Of a stretch of DNA of 64,000 nt, positions 22,001 to 29,300 are shown piece after piece. The notes beneath the pieces were generated by a model. It was not told the origin of the DNA and ran no database searches. It saw only the letters and a program-made list of their open reading frames with translations. The first letter of the stretch is position 1. Each line of letters starts with the position of its first letter. The translations under genes were made by a program, and so were the position numbers. The stretch comes from Chthoniobacter sp. (GTDB lineage Bacteria > Verrucomicrobiota > Verrucomicrobiia > Chthoniobacterales > Chthoniobacteraceae): assembly GCA_036501065.1 (NCBI GenBank), contig DASYAY010000093.1, forward strand, positions 28,191-92,190, read 5' to 3'.

Positions 22001-23304
22001 AGCTGCGGGATGGTGCGCAAATCCTGAAGGTTCGAAACCGCGATGGTGCCGGTCGTCGCCGTCAGGGTCAGGACACCGGAACCGGTGAGGATCGTCGGGC
22101 CATTGCTGCCGTTGCTGCCGCCGAGGGACTGGAAGGCCAGGGCGCTGAGCGACTGGTTATAGCCGTTCAGGTTGAACTCGGCCTCGCTGGCGATGCTCAC
22201 CGTGGCGCTCGGATTGATCTGGTTGCTGGCAATCAGCACCAGGGCGCTATCGGCGGCCGGCAGGGAATCCGGCGCGGTGCTGGTCGTGGCGCTGTTGCTG
22301 TTGCTGCCCGTAAGGTTGATACTCGTACCGGTGCCCAAGGCATAACCGGAGCCCGTCAGGTTATCGAGATTGACGATCGCCCCGGAGATGTAAGTCGCCC
22401 CGGTATAGATGTTGGAATCCGTGAGGGTGACCGCCTGGGCGTTCGGCAGGGTCGCGCCATCGACGACCAGACCGAAGCTCTGGAAGGTGCTGCTGCCAAT
22501 CTGCGCATTGATGGTCAGCGTATTGGCGCCGAGGTTCAGGTAGATGTCCGCTCCGGTGGTGTCGAGCACACCGCGCACCGCCACGGTCCCGATACTCCGG
22601 GCGCTGTTGTCGACACCGGAAATGATGCCGCCGCTGGTCAAGGTGAGCACATCGGTGAAATTGCCGAAGACCACATTGCTCGCACCGCCCATATTCAGGG
22701 CGGTGATCGTCTGCCCTCCCGTGACGACATTATAACTTCCCGTGGCCGTGGTCCGCACGATCACACTCGCCGTGCTCGGCACGCTGCTGTCGTCCGGCAC
22801 GAAAAATGGAGCGGAAACCAACGACGGATATTGCATCGCGGAGGTTAGACCACGCACGCCGGTGACCGGATCATAGGTGGCAAATTCCAGGCCGGCGCCA
22901 GCGGTCACGGAATCTTCCCCGCTGTAGACGGTCGCCCAACCGCCGATCAAGCCATTGGCCAGCGTGGGCGTGTTCGTGAAGGTGAAATACGGGTTGTCGC
23001 CGATGTTCCCCGTGCCGGCGAAGAAGGTAAGCGTCGCGCCGGCGTCCAGCGTCAACGTGCCGTTGATCTTGATCGTCGCCGTGCCGACACCCGCGCCGGC
23101 ACCACCGATTTGACCGACGTCGGCCCGGAGGGCGTTGGCCCCACCGGCCAGGGTGACGTTGCCGAGTGTCACCGTGCTGTCGAGCCCGCTGCGGCTGATG
23201 AACTGGAATTCGCCGCCGTTCAGGTTGAGCGCAGCATTGGACGGAATGCGGTTGGACAGGGCTTGCAGACCGGTGTCATTCCACTGGAGCGCCGAATTGA
23301 CGAT
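9952..23304 (-). CDS. C-terminal part (4450 aa) of giant PATR-repeat PEP-CTERM surface protein, continued from the upstream ORF across a frameshift
   Basis: Many PATR repeats (e.g. FVKAGTNTLTLNGASSYTGSTTIMGS, LTKVGTGKATLSGVNSYTGPTSVTQGTL). Ends IPEP + hydrophobic segment + RFRRRRSRT. Repeat-like sequence begins at IVNSALQWND (23304); the ORF-track residues upstream of this are off-frame. Confidence 0.9.
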   Translation of the reverse strand: MVNSALQWNDTGLQALSNRIPSNAALNLNGGEFQFISRSGLDSTVTLGNVTLAGGANALRADVGQIGGAGAGVGTATIKINGTLTLDAGATLTFFAGTGNIGDNPYFTFTNTPTLANGLIGGWATVYSGEDSVTAGAGLEFATYDPVTGVRGLTSAMQYPSLVSAPFFVPDDSSVPSTASVIVRTTATGSYNVVTGGQTITALNMGGASNVVFGNFTDVLTLTSGGIISGVDNSARSIGTVAVRGVLDTTGADIYLNLGANTLTINAQIGSSTFQSFGLVVDGATLPNAQAVTLTDSNIYTGATYISGAIVNLDNLTGSGYALGTGTSINLTGSNSNSATTSTAPDSLPAADSALVLIASNQINPSATVSIASEAEFNLNGYNQSLSALAFQSLGGSNGSNGPTILTGSGVLTLTATTGTIAVSNLQDLRTIPQLFGNLVLPSTAEITVAANADGSVINNGFTNQQVGLAINSNIANTGTITLTKDGAGALSLGGASTATIDLSVSAGEVVLAGNANYQNTTIALASGTALDMRGQTDLEVGSISGVAGSFIKNFSATAGGTLVTGGDNTSTGFAGIITSDYTSGLLNITKIGSGTWSLSGNSASQSLGTLIIGDGASVGAAGTASGGIYLSGTNGALGFTNYILNSGGSLVLDNNSNALSGRLGINGIPSSGSTGIGNAFDGQGRILTMQGGQLVIDGNSGTAVTETLGQTTATSGSIIIQNGGGIITFSNPGAGVALNIASTGFAFSSQNGTGTLLIQNAASSAGAGNGTLGLGTNATFNVTGSQGTGGNGTTTMPVRQDIIVDDTAIGGVIGFAVLDSTNKVIRPLAAGELDVSTAAGSTNNVGLGLTTTAVVTNLFTNVSANTLTLSSGSGFTNAWGSTGGNFGAGGALTITLTAAGILQSGGSTITSTGVITSNGTSMDIHVTGSNVLTLNNSIVNNTTGIVKADNGTLVFDVPQYYSGTAASNGTVINGGAIQLASGAANTILVNPNATTPTVLDLRLNGVGSALDLDGQNQAVGNLTSVNTLAGEAGNVVNTSSNTATLTVVQTSAGNFAGSIGGSTGTQAINFVKAGTNTLTLNGASSYTGSTTIMGSALVLRDSGSIAASTGPIGLDYSTLTYDNSGLVASANRLPTGATIDSVGGTFNYLASQGANNLTLGNFVVSSGQSTITPTLWASSSNFGSSVVLTLASLSQGDSNGMIDFTATGGTLGAPVTAVNGASPANGGSNSQILLSSAPTLVNGIIGGWAIANSTDFATYLSMPVNGSLGVGAMGSTNFPAYATDAITAGVPTDNITMGATTGGITARTINSFRVSGAFIATQNGLDQLITINTGGILSTGGVAGFQGGRYTAGAQSNQTLYFYNNGGTENFQSLITDNNLGPVNFVKSGAQQLNLGASPIVAVSSTTANSSTVTVTSTAGLAVGETLPTGATGVPANAIITGILSGTTITIGTNVTTGSTTAANEAFFMPGSEVLSSLSFPAAGANTKFNVTVPAGTELLPGSVVTLAANTGGTGSFGAGTVTVLSLSGNTATLIDTAAVTASSANATLIFGSVGTQTSTNATLNAGATTFNVPANTLGLNVGQVVTFPTGTATLPANTIVTAYNPATGQVTLSNPIGGTTTSTDTISFGGSSQSSLASALSTSSATVGVPSSVGLFVGEPVYGNGIPLGTTVNGIIDGGHITLSNTPTAGGAANLTYGSNVGTVGTNVSGISIPTSGTALTLPSVAGLAPGMSVIGYGVPAGETIASISGTTVTLSTATSAVAAGTTATLTFGAPLTNSANNVSVSGTTTATNFLVTLATTQGLYPGMTIGGPGIPAGDLIASITNATQVTLSAPTNATGFGTGTLSLSAPTQLVAFSEGYTGNTVVDQGTLQIGGTTVALVNANAGVVDVPGNLILNNANANANYFASTSTTQSGANATLTFSSTTGLAVGMTVSGTNIPAGDTIVSLVGATAILSAPSTATINSGTALNFSAGDGLIASTSNVTINGSGTLTMPNAGSNTLASITFNGTGGTTAPTVTGSSPTNLLVLNNGITATNNNLATTPTISVLSLELAGSNLTIATSGSSPDDLLITSPIQNAIGGTAQPAGLIKAGTGSLVLNPQIGLGSAAMVTTSTTVTLASTTGLSVGMQVTGTDIPANDVITSILSSTQIILQSAVTTNVTATLTAFGDNFTGGVQLTNGSLILGSSTSVTTPGTPMGVSTVANPTQGIFGPIGLGTLTISSGTSLLAGGAAQTILNPVVVNGSFTLGGGLTTNSLTLAGQVNIGASDPTITTTIPVTAANVSDTFSGGLVGTAGFTKAGVGTLALTSAGDNISGPINIAGGILQLSTATTLTSGQVLLNADVSVAAGAELDVRAGTTNGSGELGSLAGSGLVTNSAAVAYVLTVGADNASTLFSGAFASATAADLSITKIGLGTMTLTTGLDAPTVNGVTNSTAPTGTFTVNQGGVTISGAGTFNFATYALNSTGVLTLDNSLNSVVNRLSGKNVTIQGGSFVYNGSNLATTNASETIGTLGVTNGGGKITLNPGLGGSTTLTLGTFTPETAISGGSLLIQGASTTTGAGFANLVTGAAFSGTAGIAGVTQGTGLNNSTTMGIRADVIVDSSSTGTGIGFATVDSGSTKFIRALSATTELAPTLATGNNSTTNYGNFSSAQTYSAATSLNSLTLDTANAVNSIGGGQAIQGTVAQGYTNTGALNVLTVNTGGILAATSNTLNVGELIPGGTTPVQFEFHVTGSSVLNLNGFLAGTASGLVKADNGTLNLNNPVYYTGTTTVNGGTLVLNSGAANTLAVIPTATVPIVQALTVNGGTLNLNGFDQYVGALRNNNTVGGTGGSITSSTAANLVSATSSSSEYGGTIDGGLNFYMEGPSTLTLTGANTYSGTTNILGSVIVLQDSGSLNTSTINVNGGGELVLNDTGLSNNNNNRISTTASVNLNGGQLQIDGANYTSTSTTVGAGGTGVTLATGFNVINNIAPPAGTNNTSTLTIGNLNRTPGAVVNFTAGTNQTLGSALPGNPQTFITNLNGAAPALTGGILGGAYTVGDNWATYGGAQTLSVTTAFNSNIVTMNTASTADLTVGEMVSGGNIPAGSYITAITASTNATTTVTLSQLASGTGTANSTFNSAGVTALGANGYTSLVATPAGTANYTTTAATTTTLTGASPMSMNSLQFSGAATVVQTLDIGGAANVLDVVSGGIMRTSVGTIGTTTIQDGILTAGALNVGGELDFIRNNSGAMTVSAVIANNGSGTVSVVDVGGLTLTGANTYTGTTYVSGGLALNTTGANGSTIVAVPGNLVVNNLDNVTESAQGNIAATSNLTINGGGTVTLTGVNTLASVTFNNSLGGTVTPVLASGGTLTITAANAITEQNNDLTSTPTVSGTLALSNTAPVISVSGLSADDLILSAVIASTGGNLSITGGGGVVLSGASTFTGGVTLNASTIIFGASTTGSVTSGPVGTGTLAINGGSTIESDGTARTIANSTTINGNFTIGNSLVSSGVPAAGTSLTLTGAMTLGTAGPTITVSSPLDTAVISGNISSTATGTAFTKAGPGVLVVSGTDSLGNGEVVVAGGVLQVGSGLAFASTNAIQISAGAVFDTHGQATLSVGSLFGDTATTGGMVTDDSSSTTTILTIGGDNASTATFAGILTDTKAGAGGAGSLALTKGGMGDQILSGANTYSGATVLSPVAGNTLTIENLSTSTSFATLGNTAISVGAGATFAPIVASGAPTTVVNAGSALVAAGGASLTLGAGSTLNLVNGTTIGTFNLIQGSSFSGNAFTVSGTTGSPVNLDFDIGNAGADEIVVNKNASVTAGTGANLINLSLIAGATSIPTGVIPLIEAGGGFSGAGTTNNFTLETTSITVGGKTYSLTLAGSQDTATQTALEVSVAASANAYWAGAVDGNWNTNNAGGVTNWRTDATSNIDTQSVPVAATNVFFYTTNPVAQNLSTTLGAAFLINSLTFTSAATSDVSIGDGGNNTETLTLVNSGITMNNNAGTDTINANVVLGASQTWTNNSTGSNQLIVNGSSNTPSITGSGDNLQVAGTGNVTIAAPIETGTGTLTMSGTGTLLLSGTNTYTGATSVASGTLQLGAAGALGNGTNNTASVTVSNGAALDLNGLMPTATVPLNLNGQFSSSVGALTNSNVSTPATYAGPVTLQTASSIGGPGNLTVSSAIGDGGHGLGLTKVGTGKATLSGVNSYTGPTSVTQGTLIVSGSLAGTLATTTVSSGATLASGPGLAITGTTNYISGNLTAVSDTNGGGTVAPGDTGGSGTSTVGQLSVGGNLTLGTNTGLGNGPAHLSIELGGTTAGSSYDQVLVASGSTVDLNNVSLDVSLINSFIPFSGTVTGSTQNLDGNAFYLIVGANTTASGTFANATGSDPNLPGYSTFNVGSQEFAVSYSASYNNGVDSQFAHGSGNDVAIMAIPEPNSLSMLAGSLGLALGLQRFRRRRSRT

Positions 23305-26300
23305 GGGATGTTCGAGCTGGTAATGCTGCCTTGATCGACCAGCGCCAGGAGGTTGCCCAGCACCAGCGTGTTGCCGGAGTAGGTATTGGTGTAGTGGAAG
23401 GTCAGGGTACTCGCGCCGGACTTGATGAAGTTGATATTGCCGGTGATCGAACCCGCCCAATCCTGGCTGGCGCTCGGCATCGTGTAGAGATCCACCGCGG
23501 AACCGCCCGCGCTGTTCGTGATCGTCCCGCCCGCGCCCGGCAGGGTGCCGGCGCTCGCGAGGTTGCCGACCGTCTGGCTGCTGCCATTCAGATCGAGCGT
23601 GCCGCCGCTGCCCACCTGGAGCGTGTCGGCATTGACTGTCGTGGTGATGTTGGCGCCGCTCACCGAGTTGGGCGTGGAGAATTTGTAATACAGGGCGTTG
23701 TTGGACGGCCCGGAAGCAAACTGCAACGTGCCCAGGTTCACCGAAGTTTGCCCCGTGTACCCTTCCGCCGAGCTGTTGCTCAGGATGAGCGTGCCGTCAC
23801 CGCTCTTCGTCAGGCCGCCCGTGGTCGGAGCGAGCGCGCCGCCGACATTGGGCAGAACCGTGAGCGAGGTGGTCGTGCCGCCTTCATTGAAGATCTGGAA
23901 GATCATCTCGAAGGTGTTGGCCGCCATTGAAGTGCCGCCATTGATGAATCCAGTGCCGGCGATGGTATTGGTCGTGCCGCTGTAATCAAGGATGCCACCG
24001 CTCTGGATGCCCAGCGCATTGAGACCGTTGATCGTGACTGGCGTGGACGCCGCTGTCGGCGTGATGGTCAAAGAGTTTGGTATGTAAAGGTCGAGCGAGT
24101 TGGCGCTGGCCAGCAGGGTCTGCGACGGCGTGCCCGTGTTGAAGATGAAGTTGCTGTTGTTGACGTTCGACGCGTTGTTGAGCGTTCCGTTGTTCCACGC
24201 GCCGACGCCGTAGTCGCCCGAGGTCAACGCCTGGAGACCAGTCGTGGTGGCGTTGTTGTTGTAGCTGGCGAAGCTATAGCTGCCGCCCACGCCGGTGGAT
24301 GAGTTGTCCACAACCAGCCATGGCGCCACGCCGGTATTCGTCGCATTCAACGTGATCGCCGTCTGGCCGGTGAAGAAGCTCGTTGTAAACGTCCCCGTGA
24401 CCACGATGTAAGTGTCTCCGGCGGTTCCAAGAGCGGTCCCGTTGCCGCCAAGGTTGTTGGCTTGGATGAGCCCGGTGGCCCGGCCGCTGCGCGCCAACGG
24501 CAGGGTGCCCGAGTTCGTGTACTCGATGCTCGATGTGCTATTCGGGCTCAGACGAATGAGGTTGAAGACGTTGGCCAGCGTCAGGTTGTTGGTGGTCGTG
24601 CTTTCCACCTCCGCCACCGTGCCGCTGTTCACCGTCAGGAGCAGTTCGCCACCGTTGAGCGTGATCGAGTGGCCGTTGGTCCGGCTCGCTCCCGCGCCAG
24701 TCAAGCCGCTGTAATCCAGATTGAGGATGTTCGGCGAATTGCCGTTGGCCACCGAGGTCACATAGCCGAACGGAACGGACGCCGTGCCGGTGGTAGTGAA
24801 CTGCGGGCCGGCGCTGACCGCGAGACTGCCTGCGCCGTTCTGGACCGTGGCCGCGCCGGAAAACTCGAGCGTGCCTTCGCCGACGATCCAACTGGTGACC
24901 GACGAACCATTGGTCACGCCCGTGAGGTCGACCAAGTTCGTGCCCACCTTGGTGAAGTTAACTCCACCCGTGATCTGCCCGGCGAGCGTGATGTTGCCGC
25001 CTGCGGTCGCGATCCCGGAGAGGCTGTTGAGATAGTTGCTGCCGACGCTGGCCGCCCCAGCCAGGGTGATCGTTCCCGTCCACGTCGCTGCGGTGGAGGA
25101 AGTATTGATCAAGCTCCCAAGCGCGCTGGCATCGTTGCCCGTGGCGCCGCCGGTGGGCACGCCGGTGATCGAGCCCAAGCCTGCATAGCCGACCCCGTTC
25201 AACGACAACGGATTGGCATTGCTCACGTTCTGGCCGTCGAGGTCGAGCACCGCCCCGCCGGCGATCGTCACGATGTCCGCGGCCGCGCCCAAGCCCGAGG
25301 CGCTGGCCGCGGTGGACAACTGGAGGACACCGAGGTTCACATTGGTGTTGAACGTCGCGCTGCTGCTCGCAGTGAGGATCAAGGTGTCGGTGCCGACCTT
25401 CGTCAAAGTCGGCGTACCGGTCGACACCGCAATGCCGTTGAGCGCCAGGTTGCCGTTGCCGCCAATCGTCGAGCTCGAACCCAAAGTGAGAGTGCCGCTC
25501 AGGCTGGCCGCATTCGGGCTGCTGTTCCAAAGAGCGCCGCCGTCGTTGGCCAGGAATACCGCCGTCGGCGTGGCGGAAGCCGACGGAAAGACCGGACCGG
25601 CGCCGCTAATCGTGATGTTACCGGCCACATTCGTTTGCCCGTTGAGATCGAGCATGCCGGAGGCGTTGAAGTAATAGGTGCCCGAACCGGCCGCCGTCTC
25701 CGCCTGGGAAAGCGTGATGGTTGTTCCGCTGATGCCGGCGATGTAAGTGCCGGCGGGAATACCCGTGCCGGAGACAGCCATGCCGAGTTGCAGGTTGAGC
25801 GTGGTGACGGTGTCGGAACCGCCCAGGGTGAGGGTGGTATTTCCCGTGGCGATTCCCGTGACCGTCCCCGTGGTCGCGCTGTTCACGCTGCGGATGACCG
25901 TGCCGCCGAGGGTCGCAGTCGTCCCGGAACTGAGCGCGTTCGGGCTGTTCAGCAGAACCGTGCCGCCTTGGACGATCAAGTCGCCGGTGAAGGTGCTCGT
26001 ATTGGTGCCGCCGAGGATCAGCATCCCCTGCCCCGCCTTGAAGAGTGCGCCCGCGGTGCCCGCCCCGCTCTCGGTGATGTTGCCGATGAGGTTCAGCGTC
26101 CCCGCGGAGAAAGTGGCCGTATTGGTGGTCGCCAGAATGACGCCGGTGCCAATGGAGATGCCTCCGGTGGCCGTGCCGCCATTGCCGTCAAAGCCAACGT
26201 ACCCGGCGCCGTAACTGCCGCCGGAACTGCCATTGACCACATTGAGGATCGTGTTGTTCCCCAAAGTCAGCGACGGAGTGCTCGTCGTGGGATTGACCAC

Positions 26301-29300
26301 CGCGCCGAACTGCGTCCCCAGCGTGTCGATCGTCGCCGAACCACTGGCCAAAGAGTAGGGCGTGGTGTTGATCGCGGCGAAGTTGTAGCCGTTGGCAAAG
26401 GTGGGCGCGCCCGTGACGGCGTCGAGATTGCTCGACGCAATCGCCTGGAAGCCCGCGGTGCCGATTCCCGTGGCATTGGGCGTCCCGTTCGTGCCCGTGT
26501 CGGGGCCGGAATAAAGCAGCGTATAAGCGCCGCTGCTCCCGATATTATAAGGCTTGAAGTCGATGACGTGATAGCCGGCGGAGAGCACGATCGAACCTGT
26601 CCCCGGCGCCTGGGTGATCGCCTGGCCACCGGTATCGTTATCCGCCAGGATCGCCGAGCCATCGATATAGAGCGTGCCCCCATCGTCCGTGCCGAAGCGG
26701 AAGACATAAGTCCCGCTGGTGGTGATATGCAGCAAGCCGCTGAGGTTAAACAACGAATCGGCAGCCGCCGGCCCAAGCGTCGGCGGACGGTTGTTCATAT
26801 TCGCGTCGTTCACGGTGCTCACCAATCCCGAACCGCTAAAGCCCAGGGCCGAAGTCTGCTGACTGATGCCGCCACTCGTCGGCGCCGTCGCCAGGGTGGT
26901 GCCCACGATGTTCAATCCACCCGGAGCGAATCCTCCGGGAAGCGAGGTCACCGGCGTGAGCGGCGCGCTGATGGCCAGCGGGTAGTAGTTCCCCATGCCG
27001 TTGTAATTCGCCAGGTTGATCGTGCTCCCGCCGTTGGTCGCCTTCGTCGTTCCGATGATCAACGCATCGGGGAAGAGCAAATTACCGGCGCCAATGTTCG
27101 TCGGTGAATGTCCGGCGGTGTAGCCCAGCACCTCGACGGTCATTCCCGCGGGAATGTTCAACTGCGGTGAACCGGCGCCGCTCACGGTGAGGTTGCCGAT
27201 GAAAAGGTTGTAGGCGTTCGAAGCGCCCAGATCGAGGACCTGCGTGCCCGTCATCGTCAATTGCGGCACTTCGATGGAGTTCCCCAAACCGTTGGCCTGG
27301 CCGGTCCCCAACAGACCTACCCCCACCGTGGTGGCATTGGCCACGAAGAGGTTGGCATAATTGGACAACGGATTGATCGTCACGTTGAGGTTCGGATAAA
27401 CGATGAGCCCGTTGGTCGTCGCCCCATTGTTTTCCAGCGCGAGCATGCCGTTGCTCGTCAGGGTAATACTCGAGTTGGCCAGCGGTTGCGGAGCGGAACC
27501 GACGGCGCCGCCGAGTACGAGGACGCCCTGGTCGATCGTGATCGAACCGCCGAAGGTGTCGTTGTTGAGCAGGGCCAGGGTGCCGAGACCCGTCTTGATG
27601 ATTCCCGAGGTGGCGCCACCGCTGACGATCCCGCTCAGGCTCAGGAAACTGCCGGGAACGTCGACGTTCACCGTAGTATTGCCCGAGGGCAGGGTCAGCG
27701 CGCCGGACAACGTCAGGCCGTTGCCACCCTTGAAATTGAGATTGTTGCTCCCCAAAACGAGCGGGTTGGCGACGGCGTTGCCCGTAGCCGTCGACTCGAG
27801 GAAGGTGTTGTTGGCGATGGTGAAGGCCCCGGTGCCCAGCGGGCCGGAGATGACGCCCGTGCCCGCGCCCGAGGACGCCGGGGCACTCGAAGAACTGCTC
27901 GCGCCAATGAGGATGCCGCCTTGTTGCAGGTCGACCCCGCCGCCGAACGTGCTCGCATTGCTGCTCAATTCGAGCAACCCGCCGCCAGTGACATTGAGCG
28001 CCACACCCGCGCCAGTCACGCCGATGCCGGTGATGGCCGAACTGATGTTCAGCGTGGCCGCGACCTGGGTGATGGTCGTTCCATTGATCTGGATGGGATT
28101 AATCGTCAGGGTGTTGGTGCCGTTGGCCAGGCCGACCGTGGCGCCGCTGATCGTCGCGACCTGGGCCGGATTGCTCGAACTCGCCGTGATCGGGCTCAAG
28201 CTGGTCAGACTGAGGATCGTCGCCGGCACCGTCGCCGTCGTGCCCAAAGCCACCGTCGGCCCCTGGCTCTCACTGCCATTGTTGTTGAAGATGAGACTGC
28301 TCAACGTCTGCGCACCGGCGAGGTTCAACTGCGAACGACCGAGGAGCGTGACGGTCGTGTTGGGAGCGATCTGGCCGCCAATCCCGACGGTATTCCCGCC
28401 GATTTCAGTGATGCCGACGTTGACGGTGGTCGTGCCAGTATTGGTCGGACTGCCGACAATCGTCAGGCCGCCTCCGGGAATCGACACGGTGCCAACAGTC
28501 CCGGCATCCAGATTCAACGTTCCTTCGTTGACCACGGTGCCGCCGCTGTAGGTATTGCCCGAGCTGCCAAAGGTGAGGTTTTGTCCGCCGCTGACCGTGG
28601 TGGCATTCGACAGGACGATCGTGCTGCCGTTGATGACCGACGCAACCGTGGTTCCCGCTGGGATTCCGGTCCCGGAAATCGCCTCGCCGATATACAGACC
28701 CGAAGTGCTCAGGCCGGTCACCGTCGTATTCGAGGCCATGGTGCCCGCCTGGGTCGAGGCCCCCGTCGTGCCGAAGGTCAGCACCGTCGCGCCGGTGCCG
28801 GTGAGGGTGACGTTGTTCGAGAGCATGAGGAAGCCCGTCCCGCCGCCGCTCATGATCGTCGTGCCCGCGGGCAGTCCGCTGCCGCTCACCGCCTCACCGT
28901 TGAAGGTCGCCCCGGCAAAGGAGGTGGGAATGGCCACGATCGGACTGCCATTGGCGTAAGTCACGGCGGAGGCCATATCCGAAGTGCCCGTGGTCAGCGT
29001 CAAAATACCGGTGCCTGATTTGTTCAGCCGCGTCACACCAACGCCATTGTCCTGGATGGAGGAGTTGATGACGAAGTTGGGCGAAAACGTCAGCGTCTGG
29101 GACGCGCTCGTCGAGGTGGCATTGTAGTTCGTGGTAAACTGCGTGCCGCTGAGAACCTGCGTCACGTAGGTCCCGATCGGCATTCCCGTGCCTGATACCG
29201 CCATGCCGGCGAAGAGGTTCGCGGTCGAACCGACGGTCACCGTATTGGTGTTGATGATCGTCGCATTGGACGTCACCCCGGTCTGGGTGGTCGTGCCCGT

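Noticed and set aside
23305-23460. First ~52 aa (MGGFDHRQ...) of the 4502-aa ORF as a genuine N-terminus
   Set aside because: Off-frame reading of the upstream coding sequence. It has no signal peptide and atypical composition, and the repeat pattern continues across the frameshift.
23220-23460. Programmed -1 ribosomal frameshift or homopolymer phase-variation site
   Set aside because: I found no X-XXY-YYZ slippery heptamer or long run in the overlap; the lesion is in a run of only three C.
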